Assembly (NCBI GenBank): GCA_047495785.1
Contig: JBLDXI010000001.1
Location: 2,852,001 to 2,916,000 of the forward strand
Length of the DNA stretch: 64,000 nt
Direction of reading: 5' to 3'
DNA from: Lepidodermella squamata
Lineage: Eukaryota > Animalia > Gastrotricha
Part shown: positions 49,254-61,512 of the stretch, piece after piece
How the letters are laid out: each line of letters begins with the position of its first letter
Position numbering within the stretch: the stretch's first letter is position 1
Program-made: the position numbers and the translations under genes
Notes under the pieces: generated by a model
Seen by the model: the letters and a program-made list of their open reading frames with translations, nothing else
The model's database searches: none
Told to the model about the DNA's origin: nothing

Positions 49254-52200
49254 TTGTCTTACGCTGCGCTTGGCAGCGTGGCGTAATGGGCAGGTCCCTA
49301 GCTTGATAAATTGATAACAGGGGGAAGTGAGGAGAAGTGAGGGGAAGTGAGGGGAACAATCTAAAATATCATGAGGATGGGATTGGAATCGAGATGTCAC
49401 AGGTTCATCACAGCTCTCGTTGTCGAGGACACGAGCTGTCGACTTCACTCTTTACGCCTGGCTCGCTTCGATAGCCTAATTGATCTTCAATAACATCCCC
49501 TTGTGCGCTTTTCGCCTTTTAGAATGAATAAATAGATCATTATTTTCGCCATCCGAAACAGGTAAGGGGGATGCACTGTAGCGCATCCTTGCGAGTCGGT
49601 CATAAGTTCAAGTTCAGCTGCAGTCATACATTTGTGGAATTGAGCCAGTCACTCCTAACGCTAGCTCGATGTTCTGAGCATACTGTCAGAATGATAATGA
49701 ACATTTGATGTGCTTAACTGTAATGCGCGGGTATTGGCGCGGTTGATCTGCCATCCCCACAACTTTAACAAGTCAGACCTGTGCGAAAGCCTGCTGTGAA
49801 ATAATTCTCGTGATATCCTCGCTCCATATCTGTTGCTGAAGACCGGATATTTTTCTGATGCATGGCGTAAGCTGACATGCCGAGGCGTATTATTCATTGA
49901 CGTATTAATTACCTATATAGTGAACGTTGGGAGTCAGGCAGCACCGACAACGTTGCATCGGCTCCAATCAACTCAAGATCGCGCTGTTAGAATCATATGT
50001 GGCGCTCATCCTTGTTTATGATTTACTGCTCGTGTCTCATTTGACATTGTCCTATACCTTTGTAACTGTCTGGTAATGTTATGTTACCTTTCAATTTTCA
50101 GTTATGTCGAGCTGCTCTCTTGGGTGTTATAGCTGTTAAATAGATAAATAAATAAAATAAATGAGCCTTCTCATTGGAAGATTCTCATGCGTAGAAAGAA
50201 GTCCAATTAAAGTAGGCCTCACTTCAAAAACAACTATTAGGAAACAACCGACGGCTCTCGAGGACGACCCAAGAAAGATGGGTCAAACTCGATTGAAATA
50301 ATAGTAGAAGACATGGACTTGCACGCCACAGAATTAACGGCATTAAATAGAGATGAATGGCAAACAACAGTTTCAGAACTGGAAAATTACGAATTTTATG
50401 GTAAAAGCAAATTGCAAACTGCGGGGTGGGCGTTTTTTCTTAAAGTTTGCCTTCCTTCGCTTTCCACAAAACCCGAAAGGGTATAGACGGCTTAGTCGCG
50501 TGGAAGTTAAATAAAATCATTCATATTCATATTCATATTCATTGGAATTCTTCCACCACATTTAAAGAAAAGACAACATGAACTGTTCCTCATCTGTGCT
50601 TATGAGACGGCTTTTTAGGCGCTTTCATATATGCGTGCTCTTCGATTCTGAAGTAACAGGTAAGGATCGATCAACTTGGATGATGAAGAGCACCAATACA
50701 TTTACACTTAATGAATCTGAATGTCGGATGCACTTCTCAGATTCTCAGATTCGGATTCTCAGAGAAATACATCCGAAATTCAGATTCATCAAGTGCACAC
50801 GTATTCATGCTCGTCATCATCCAGGTAATGAGTAATGAGTAAATAGTCATAAGTAGAGCCTCGGCTTAATTACTCATGACTCTTATAAGGAAAAGCAGCC
50901 TTTTCATAATAAACTTTGAAAGCATGCGCTCGATAAATCAATTTCCAAGGAATTTGAGTCAATTTCTGAGAGGATATTGCAAAGAGGATATCAGAATGGG
51001 AAAGATTAATCATACATCTTCAAACTCTATTCAACTTCATGGGTGGACAATTTTGAGTGAGTGATTGTTGCTTCTTTGTCTTCTTCCTTCTTTCACTCCA
51101 CGAAAAAGTGATTGTTTGTATAAGATTGTTTACCAATCGGCAACCGAAGCCTGAGGACCGCGGTTCGACCGACAATCATGGGACTTGTGGTGACGTCTGA
51201 TTATTGACTGATAATAAAAGAAAACAAAATCTTCTTTGATGCTAACTGCTACACGTTGAAAGGAAACTTGAATAAATAAGAGTGTACGAGAGTAGTAAAG
51301 AGAGTACGAGTATGAAGAGTATGAGTATGATATTAATACTCATATATTGAATATTTTAATACCTATTCATTGGAATGTGGCTATTGTGAATATTATTTGC
51401 CTAGAGATCAGATAATAAAATTTGATTTTGATTGATCTGATGTCTATGATTGTTCGATTTGCGAAGACTTCTCCGTGTAGCTCCATCTCGGAGGAGCGTG
51501 TATTTGCTCAGTTTAGATGCTTACTAAGGTTAGATACTCTCGGAATGATACTCCAAGATCTCTTCTGATTGATCTTTTCGAAAGCAAACTTAAAATCTCT
51601 TATCCCTTAGTTTACTGATCATTTCACGAGGTATTGAATTCAACAGAATGATAGCGCAGCGTGAGTATCCAGGTTGACAAAGGAGTAAGTAAAAACAGAG
51701 CAGACTCCTCAAGGAGCAGTTATCATTTAGCTAAATCCGAGTAGGCATAGGTTCAGCGAAACCTTGGGTGCTACGTGGCATTAGAGTATGCTTCCTAGAT
51801 TCTATCTAGATCATCTGAAATCTAGCATTCATGGGCTCGGAGTAAGAATAGCTCACTAAGCTCTTCTCAATAGCGCATTGTTACGGAGAGTGAATGAATA
51901 CGAGAAGATCACCGAGAGAGGTTCTCATGAAAGCATGGAGTAATAAAGATGAATTCCAAGAGACTCAATTATGAACTTGATGCGCAGGGATTACTGTCTG
52001 TATATACCAGATGAGGGATAGGAAGGAATTGATAACAAGAAAAAGGCAGATTAGTGAAAGAGTAAACCTGAGCAAAAAGCCAGACTGAGGAGACATGGCA
52101 AACGGCGAACGACTAGCAGACGTCTTTCGCCATAAATGCTGGAAGACGACGAAGAAGAGTCACGAGGAAGACGACGCTATATCACAGCAACTAATTGTCC

Positions 52201-52369
52201 AGAAAAAATATAATTTTTCCAAATATTTTTTGGCTACTAGTTTTCACAAAGAATTCAAAAAGATGAACTCAGAAAACGAGCATCTGCCGCAGTCGCCCAC
52301 CACAAACAGAGAAAAACGGGGGGGTCGGCTTCCGCCTAACAGCAGTCCCGGAGTCCCGGGACCTGCCCA
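49254..52369 (-). mobile_element. Helentron/HINE-like element, copy B (complete, near-identical to A)
   Basis: Direct repeat of 46200-49253 with only scattered substitutions and small indels. Both terminal structures present. Confidence 0.7.
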
Positions 52370-54985
52370 TTTTCTTACGCCGCTGCGCTGCGCTTGCAGC
52401 GTGGCGTAATGGGCAGGTCCCATTGTCTTGCGTTGTCCTGCGGAAAAAAGGAGTTTTATGTTTAGGTCTATTAAGAGCCAGCGGCTAGAAAAGCCAGCGG
52501 CCAGCTTGAAATATCAGATCTCCCATTCAAAAAAGTCAAGAATTCGAGTAGAGCAGCGGTCAGATGTTCGTGGCATTGAGTAAGTCACCCAGCCCTAGCT
52601 AGACGATCAAAGCATGCAGTCAGTGTGACGATGCGTTTTCAATGTGTTCACTGCATGACACCAGCGAGTATCGGCGCGTTCGATCAGCTGTTCCCACAAC
52701 TCAGTTTTACAAGCTCCCGCAAGCTCTCATCGGAATTATTCATTCAGTTTTATTGTGCTCAGTTGCGTATCTCAATTTGTCTCTAGAGGTATGATTTATC
52801 TGCGCCGTCAAGCTAAAATATCTTAGTTTTGGTGCAGACCACGTTGATGCCATGCTGAATTGAATTGATAACTTCGAACTCGCACGGGCGCTGACATTTA
52901 CGTAACCGCAGTGGCCATCTGTAATAATCGAATCAAAACTTAAACTCTAACTGTGAGTTAGCGAGTGCATTTGTTCTTCGTTTTAAAGAAGTTATACCAG
53001 TGAGTCAAAGCCAACACTCATTTAGCAAACGAGCAACTTGAGAGCATAGAGAACAAAACTGATGTCTCTCTGTGCTTTTTATGGTGCCTTTCTGTGGTTG
53101 AGCTCAAATGCTCAGGTAAGGATCGTTCAACGCGGATAATGATGAATGATAAGCATCTACACTTCTGGGCTTATTGACGATTCTGAACTCCGAATTTCTC
53201 TCGGTTCTGTCACTCTTCTAACGAAAAATATGCAAACTCAAAATCCAAATTGGAAGCACAATTGCGCTCGATATATTAATCTCCAAGGAATTCAGCCGGT
53301 AAATTTCTGAGAAGATCTAGGTAGAAGTTCAAGATTATTCAAAGGGAATAAAATTAACACAAACTAATTGGATTGTGGCTGATGGCTGATGTCAATATTA
53401 TTCCATTTGCGAAGACCTCTCAGGGTAGCTTCATCTCTCAGCATTATGCTTCTGCTCTCTCTAGATGCGTAAGGTTAGATATCGGAATGCGTACCCTTAG
53501 AGGAATTAGCTCTCTCATATAAAAGCGTTCTTCTGATAATAGTTTTTCGAATACAAAACTAAACTATTACTGATGATAAGGTATTGAATAGAGGTTAGCT
53601 ATGTCGTAGAGAAGCTTTCTTCCGATATTACTTGCTCTTTATTAGATACGAAACTCACATGTCATTGATCACTGATCACTGATCAGTTATTAAAGATAAC
53701 ACAGCGTGATTATCATTGATAAAAGAGTAAACAATTCTGTAAGTAAGTCTAGAATGACTCCGGAGATTCCTCAAGGAGCAGCAATCCTGTAATAATAATA
53801 AAACGTGAGTTGACATGAGTTCAGCGAAACCTTAATTGTGTGCTCGGGGCATTAGGGTATGTTTTCTATAAATCAGATGATCTGAAACCTATAATTCATG
53901 TGTTCGGAGTTCGGATGTTGAACAAAAATAAACAATGTAACAAATGTTGAACATTGTTCTCAACAACGGCAACCGTGCTTTTGACCTAGAAAAAGTGTGG
54001 GTGTTGAGAGTGTGTCATCTGCGAATCATACGCACAAGAGAAGCGGGAATTGTAGTCTGCAATCACATTTCAATGGCATTGCAGGCGTCGTGTGCCAGCA
54101 ATATTATATTTACTCTTAGTTGACCGAATGAAACGATGATCAGTGAAAATCAGAAGTCTTCCACACAGGACATTTGATCGACTACTATCGAACGGTGTGA
54201 ACAAGTGTTACAGTGATAAAACACACCTCAGTGACGCGGCGTTCTGCTCTGATCATCGTATGCTGGTGCCTACTAATGTTGAATTGAAGGCGAGGGGGCA
54301 TTGGAAAAGTATCGTATGTGAATCAGAAACGCAATCAGAGTCATTTTAGCTATATGCAATCTCATTTGTTAACTGCAATAGGCTTCAGTGATTTTCAGTG
54401 AAATACTCAGCTGACTAAATCATTGAAAGACTTCCCACCGATGGAGTGATTTTTTGAGCCTACCGTCTCGCCAGTGGCGCAGTTAATACTCCACTGCTTC
54501 TCTTCTCACATTGTAACTGCGAGACGGAGCGAGCAGGGCGAGCGGAGTGGGGTAGAACTCACGCGGCTTTGTAGTTCTACCTCCTTTTGAAACAGAACCC
54601 TCCCTCGAATAAGTTATTCTCGTGTGGCGCAGTTAATACTCCACTCCGCAAGGCTTCCTTAGTTGTCAAACAGGACTGCGCGACAACCGTGTAACAATAT
54701 GCTGCTCTCGTCGAAGTTTTCGCCTCTCACTCTACACAAAATCTGTCGATGAGGGTAAACCCAGCACGAGCACTAAGACGTCTCTCCTCTAAATTAGGCG
54801 AGATCTAATTTGCATAAATTTGAATATTCATAGAAATAAAATTGAATAGAATAAGTATTCAATAAAGTTTAAAAGAATTGCAAGAGATTAACAAGGAAAT
54901 CGACGGAAGTCTGCCGCATTCTTCACGGACAAACTCTCGTCTTCCGACTAACAGCAGTCCCCGGAGGAGTCCGGGGACCTGCCCA
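52370..54985 (-). mobile_element. Helentron/HINE-like element, copy C (diverged subfamily) joined head-to-tail to B
   Basis: Variant termini with the same subTIR (52409-52421; ~54974-54985). Patchy colinear similarity to the A/B body (CAGGTAAGGATCG, ATTTGCGAAGAC, TCCTCAAGGAGCA, GTTCAGCGAAACCTT). Confidence 0.65.
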
Positions 54986-55472
54986 AAACGGGGGGGGGGG
55001 GGGGGGGGGTCGGCTTCCGCCTAACAGCAGTCCCGGAGTCCCGGGACCTGCCCATTTGTTGCGGTTTCATTGTTTTCCGACGACAGCACGCGCCCAGCCA
55101 AGAGTTCACTTCTTGAGCTAGTTTTCCTGAGCGCCACTTTGAACTTTGAACATGACATTGCTCAGCTGAGGGAGGTCTATAATCTGCAGACACTCCGCAT
55201 TAACAAAATAAGACCACATTGATACGTCCCGCAGCATTTATTCTGATACCAAAGAACAGTTAGACACAAATAAGCTGATTAATAGCAATAAAGATTGCTG
55301 ATGCATCACAAAATGACAAGTATACATAACAGTTGTAAAGTAAATCATAGACCTAAACTCTTCACTACATTGGAAAGATTCCAAATTGAACTGAACAAAA
55401 TCGACTACTAAAATGTGGCAGGAAAACATGCAAGGACAAATGGTTGCTCAAACATGAATAGCACCAGGCTGT

Positions 55473-57352
55473 CTATAGCTGCCACACACCACCATTGGCT
55501 GGATAATAAATATCAGCCTGACCGAAGTACCACATACTTTGTCCGCCAAAACTGCCGCGATAGTTCTGTGCACTAAGAGGTGACGGGCTCCCCCAAGTGT
55601 TGAAGCGTGGCAATGCGGCTGGCTGGAAAATATTTGGCAGATCAAAGCCGCTGATTCGATTTTGCTGACTACTGACAGCGGCTCTATAACTGCTAGGGAA
55701 TTGGAAAGCTTGATTTGCAAACAAGCTCTGAGGAGAGCTCGGCGCCAAGAAGGGTAAAATGGGCTGCGAAAATTGCGTCGCTAGATTCTGGCTACCTGAT
55801 GGGATATTCCTATTAATAACGCCATTGAACTGCCTTCCGAAGAGATCGCCTTGAAAGGGTTGAATTTGCCATTGGTTCAGATAAACTGGCGGATTTTGCA
55901 TGCCTGTGAAAAGCGGACCCAACTTGTAAGATGACTGCTGAGCCCATTGACTTTGGAAGCCCGACGCACCAGGAATGTTCCATTCAACCCTCCAAGTTTT
56001 TGTTGTTTCTTCAGGATTATCAGTTGTGCTACGTGTCGTAACAGGAGTCACCGTCGTCTCCTCTTTTGTCGGTGTGGTTTCTTGGCTGGAGCGAGGAGAA
56101 ATGTTCTCTGTCGTAGACCCACGATTATCAGTAGATGCAGTTGTTGGAATATCGTCCTCCACAACAGCTCTCTGAAAGATGGGTCTCACGCTGATAACCT
56201 CTTCGGTAGCCTGAGTAGTTGTGGTTGAAGGGCGCATTCTGCGAGTAACGGGCTCGTCAGTTACAACAGCTTCTGTTGTCGCGAGCTCTACTAGCTCTGT
56301 GGTAGGCTGAGTATCCTCTGCGGTTGTAGGCCGAGTTCTTCGAGTAACAATCTCCTCAGTAGTGGTCTCCGGGGTTGTTGTTGGCCGGGTTCTCCGACTA
56401 GGGGAAGTTTCTGGTGGCGGAGAAGTGACCTCTATCGTGGTTGTAGGACGGGTCCTTCGGGTGATTACTGGTTCCTCGGTCGTGACACCCTCTGTCGTTG
56501 TGGTCGGGCGAGTTCTGCGACTTGGAGCAGGAGTTGTCAGCTGATCATTGTTTCCTACATCACTGCCTTGAATGATAGGCACCTGTCGAACGCTACCCGA
56601 GTCCGGGCAAGTGTTCTTGTAAACCAGCTCGTTAACAGTAGTGGAATCTATGGAGGCCACGTCAGAATCAATTAGTTGTATTACGTAATCTGGCTGAGAA
56701 GCGATAGAGCGTAGGTAGGTAGCGTTGTAATCTTCGCCGAAAGCGACAAAGAAAATTTTGACCCCTGCGTTCTTCAGCAAGTTAGCTTGGTTTGTCGCAG
56801 TTGTTTGGTTCGAAGGGTCAGATCCCGTAAAAATGACCACTGTTGATGGACTGTCCTCACGATGGCCGGTAGTACTATCAGCGTAAAGCTGAAAAGACAT
56901 AAAAGTATGAAGAATGTGTAGATTCTTTATGCTTACTTGGCGAGCAGCTCGAAGGCCTCGAGCTAAATCCGATTCGAAGCCAAGCTCGTTCGCAGTCACC
57001 GAAAATTTACTGAGAGCCTCAGTGAGCTCTGGGCGCGACAAGTACATGCCGAAGTCCACGCTAGGCTGAGAGTTTGAGGCATACTCAACGACTGCGACCC
57101 GAAGATCGGCGCATTGCGGTAAGGTCTGTGCAAACGATGTAACGTAAGGCTGTGCCAATGAGCTATATTTCCTTGGCCCCATGAACGCACGGTCGATCAT
57201 GAACGTAACATCAGGCCGACAGCAGATTTCACTTGATCAAAATTTGAATAAAGGAAAACGAGGGAGACATTGCAATCTTACCTGTCCTGTGACTGAACCT
57301 TGGAGAGGCTCACAATCAGCACAAAAGCTGCTAAAATGATTGAAAGCGCCAT
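55473..57352 (-). CDS. Secreted vWA-domain protein with Thr-rich RRTRP repeats and Q/S/F-rich tail (paralog A), 3 exons
   Basis: Signal peptide MALSIILAAFVLIVSLSKVQS; EICCRPDVTFMID; vWA fold (RVAVVEYAS, GLRAA, STVVIFTG, LKNAGVKIFFVAFG, LRSIASQP). The ORF track reads through a short in-frame intron at ~56890-56936. Confidence 0.9.
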
Positions 57353-58316
57353 CTTCAGTGCTCGAACTAAAAAGAAAACATGGTGAAATTAGCTAGTGGG
57401 TACGTTAACTTGAGAGAAATCTGTCTTTTGATGAGGAAGGAAAATTTGTCTAGAGCCCTTGTATGTGTCTGAAAATGATGTAAATCTAACTTTTTCTGTT
57501 TAGCATCGTTTTGACTGCACGAGCACTGTGGCGAGCACTGGCCTTTTCTGGTCGCCGCCTCCATCACACGAGCTGTTATGATTTACACCTGCAAGCAGTA
57601 TTGAAGTGGTTATCGTGATCATGCCTTCTAATGCTGTTTCAGTTTTAACGTGACATGACGATGCATCCAGTGGACAGTGTGCTATTTTTTGTAAAACTAG
57701 TATCGCTCATACCCGAGTTGCTTTAACTATTATTATACTGTTCCCACGTTAGGTTGACTCTGCTTCAACTAATCGCCATTTGACCCGGCTGACCCGGTTT
57801 TAAATTTTTGCGGATGCACTGAATAATCCCATACAAATATGCCATGGGAACAGCTATAAGAACACTGGATTTGTATACTTTCACAGCTAACTGTTAATGG
57901 TTAATTCGGAGAACTTCGGCAAACCGAATGATAGGCCGATGTTTGCTCAATCGCTCAGAAAAAGCTTCGGCGCATCATCTTTATTAAAATTCACTCTTTG
58001 AATTAATCCGAATTTATTGTGTTCATTTCTTCCATCCAACAACATAAACGTCAACATGCAACGCAACAACGCATAAACATTGTAACAAATCTATAAAAAA
58101 ACATTCGACGCTATTACACGGTAAAATAATCGATTTTCGCATAAATGAGAGGATACGATAACATTTGTCGATAGGCGACTTCACAATCGCTCATCGTTAC
58201 AACGCTGGGATCAGTGGAAGTCAAACTCCTATAATTTCACGAGACTTTCAAAGTGAATACAAGCGAAAAATGGATTTTCATCGGAGAGAATCTTGCTGAT
58301 GATGATGTTGATTGGC

Positions 58317-61300
58317 CTATAGATACCACAGGCCGTTCAGAGGATAGTATGCGATTGGTTGTGCTCGTAGTCTATTTAAACAAGGTAACATCCGTTGACA
58401 GGGAGATGATGCTTGAGCGGTTGCATTGGCAGCTGCGTTCGTTGCATTTTGTTGAGGCGCTACAGTTGTTTGAGCTTGCTCTTGTTGACGTTGTTGCTGC
58501 TGGACGAGGAAGAAAGGAATGCCGTAGTTTTGAAACGGGAACCACGGCATCAAACCAGAAGCACGGTTCTGCCAAAGAAGGCCGCGTTGCGACTGATTAT
58601 CATCATCGTCTTCATCACTGCTATCATCATCGTCACCAGCTGACTGCTTACCCGGCATAGTCAAGTTAAGTTTCGGCATATTCCACGCGTTTTGCGTTTG
58701 ATTCTGCTGGAGTCCAAAGCCTCGCAGGATAGCAGGATTCCACAGTGCAGACGGATCAGCAACAACTGGCATACTTGGCTGATCGACCTTCATTGTTCCA
58801 TTGCCAGAGGCCCATTGTCCCCAAGAAGGCCATTGCATCGGTTGAGTTTGCACCGATTGGTTGTTGTTCCAGAATCCGTTGGAAACATCAACATTCAAAT
58901 TCAGATTAGCATTAGCCATGCCGAATTGACTACCCTGCGATGAATTCTGGTTCAAGTTGAAAGGATTCCAATTAGGCAAAGATGGGAAGCTAAATGCGGG
59001 CATTTGAGGCTGAGTCCAATTTTGTGGGCGAACAGCGCCTTGTTGGAAAACGCTTGGGTCGACCCACGGCAGAGATGGCTGCTGCTGTTGCGGCTGAGCC
59101 GACGGCAGTTTAACTTGAGAAAACAGACTGGTAAGTAAGTTGGTGTTGATGACGGGAGCTTGGGGCATCTGGTTCTTCCAGGCGCTTTGTAAGGCGTCTT
59201 GGTAAACGAATGGGAGCTGGGGCTGGGACTGATTAGCCTCGACTTTGGCTGGGGCAATGTCGATAGCGGGGAGATTCAAGTTTCCGACACCACCCAGGCC
59301 AGACTGGAGCCAGCCATTCCAATTGGATGCGCCACTCTGAGGCCTCATAAATTGACTAAATATATCCATAGGCTGCTGGGCCTGGCTTTGGTTGACATTC
59401 TTACTGACGTTCCACTGATTGACAAACGGAAGCGACTGACCGGCGTTCAGCTGGGGAAGGTTAAAACCACCTAAGAAATCTTGACCAAGAATGCTAACTT
59501 GCGGCATCTGTGGCATAGTCTGGTTTTGCGCGTTCTGAGACTGGTTCCAGTTGTTGTTCCAATTATTGGCCACGTTAACATTGGGCAATTGAATTTGTTG
59601 GAAGATATTCGGCATAGCGAGGCCGCCAGGCTGCTGTTGAGACTGGTTGTTGTTATTCATTCTCGAGAAAACATCAAAGTTGAAGTTGGGCAGTTTAAGG
59701 TTCTGGCCACCGAGCATCCCTTGGAGAGCATCAGGGGCGACAAAAGGCATCTGAGGCTGTTGCGCAGGCATTTGCTGGCTTCGGTTCCACTGCTGCGGCT
59801 GCCACTGCGATTGATTCATATTCGGCTGCATATTATTCAAGCCGCCAAAGCCAAAGCCTTGAAGCATGTTGAATCCTGGCAGTTGGCTCGGCTGACCAGG
59901 CAAAGCGTTGGAGTTATTATTGTTAAACAAGTTCTTGAACAAATCGCCGCCGAGCAAATTGGATGTCCAGTCATTCGAGCTCTGTTGAACTGGAGCGGTA
60001 ACGTTAACTTGCGGTAAAACATTGCGAAGAAGGTCGTTTGACAAAAAGTTGTTTGAACCGTTCTGCTGAAGGAGATTGTTCGTCAAAAGACCGCCGAAGA
60101 AGTTTTGCGACAAGAAGGGATTGATATCTCCGATGAGCACCTGCTTCGAAGATTCGTTAACTGACGGCTTCTCAGTGCTCATCTGCGGAAGGAGTTTGTT
60201 CCAGTCAAGCGCTGGCTGCTGAGATGGTTGGTTGCCGAACAAAGAGTTAAAATCAAAGAGCTGGTTCTGGAGACCCGGCAAGTTCTGGAAGTTCCAGCCA
60301 AACATCCAAGGAGCATTAGCGTCGTCTGGTTTAACAGTTGTTGTAGTCGGTGCAGCTGGGGTAACTGTTGTAGGCTCGGCGGTTGTCTCCGGGAGAAGAG
60401 GGCTGAAGCGAACTGGAACCTGGGAAGCAGGCTCTGTAGCAGGTGCCCTGGTTCGTCGGGTGGTGGGTTCCTCCGTTGTAGTCGTGGTTGTGCGACGAGC
60501 TGGTCGTGTGGTTTGTTCCTCGGTAACTTGCTCCGTGGTGGTAGTGGTAGGGCGTGTTCTACGAGTTGTCTGCTCCTCAGTAACTTCCGGCGCCGGAGTG
60601 GTTGGACGGGTCCTACGAGTTGATGGCTCATCAGTGACGACAACTTCCGGAGGTGGGGGAGGGCGGGTCCTACGTGTTGGCGGCTCGGGCGCAGGTGCTG
60701 GGGTTTCGTTTCCACCAGCCCCCTGGCTGCTAGGCCCAGCATTTGCGTTGGGGCAGGTGTTGCGGAAAATCAAGTTGCTAACAAAGTCAGTGTCCTGAAT
60801 TTCATCGGAATCTGGGTAAGCTAAGAGGTAATCCGGCCGGGTTGCAAGAGAGCGAAGGTAATCCGAATCGTAGTCGCTGCCGAAACCAATGATGAAAATG
60901 CGAACGCCCAACTGCTTCAGAAGGTTGGCTTGGTTAGAAGCAGTAGTGCGATTCGCAGGGTTCGACCCTGTGAAGACTACAACAGTCGAGGGGCTGCCAT
61001 CACGATGGCCGCCGGTGCTGTCAGTGAAAAGCTAGGATAAAAGAGAGAAATTGAAAAAAATCGACTTCAAGCGGTTATGACCAGACCTGGAGACGAACTG
61101 CGCGCAACGCCAGCGCCAAGTTGGCGTCGAAACCAAGTTCGTTCGAGCTTGTCGAGAAGACGTTAAGTGCTTCGCTGAGAGTTGGTCGCGGCGTGTAAGT
61201 GCCGAAATCGAAGCTAACTTGGACGTCGGAGGCGTACTCGACAACGGCGGCGCGCAAATCAGCGCAGTCGGGGATGGTTTGCGCGAACGTCGTCATCACC

Positions 61301-61512
61301 GGCCGCGCGTATGAGCGGTATTTGCGCGGGCCGATGAACGAGCGATCGAGAACGAACGCAACATCGGGCCGGCAGCAGATCTCACTAAAAATCGTTCATA
61401 GCATCGTATTGGTTTATTGAAAGATGACGCGCGCTACTTACCCGTCCTGGGACTGGCCGATGGCGACGAGCGACAACACCGTAAGAACTACCAAGACGCC
61501 GGTTGACGTCAT
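58317..61512 (-). CDS. Secreted vWA-domain protein with RRTRP repeats and long Q/N-rich low-complexity region (paralog B), 3 exons
   Basis: Signal peptide MTSTGVLVVLTVLSLVAIGQS; EICCRPDVAFVLDRS; vWA clearly homologous to paralog A with the same intron positions; several hundred residues of Q/N/P/F/W-rich tail. Confidence 0.9.

Larger units (their letters stand above)
46200..55054 (-). mobile_element. Helentron/HINE-like non-autonomous element, copy A (split: 46200-49253 and 54986-55054)
   Basis: 13-bp subterminal inverted repeat ATGGGCAGGTCCC (46232-46244) / GGGACCTGCCCAT (55043-55055). Terminal stem-loop ACGCTGC-N5-GCAGCGT at one end and a partial inverted repeat GTCCC..GGGAC at the other. 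The two pieces rejoin to reproduce copy B. Confidence 0.65.

Noticed and set aside
54990-55009. G20 run as a functional G-quadruplex
   Set aside because: The equivalent site in copy B has only 7 G; likely homopolymer slippage or sequencing error.
46200-55054. CRISPR array or LTR retrotransposon
   Set aside because: Repeat units are ~3 kb, with no short repeat-spacer pattern, TG...CA ends, PBS, TSD or gag/pol ORFs.
56230-60680. RRTR repeats as furin or neuropeptide cleavage sites
   Set aside because: Most are followed by Pro at P1', which disfavours cleavage, and the spacers look like O-glycosylated mucin rather than amidated peptides.
58253-60798. Long plus-strand ORFs opposite the vWA genes (and similar ones opposite the OATP exons)
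   Set aside because: Antisense shadows of GC-rich or low-complexity coding sequence.
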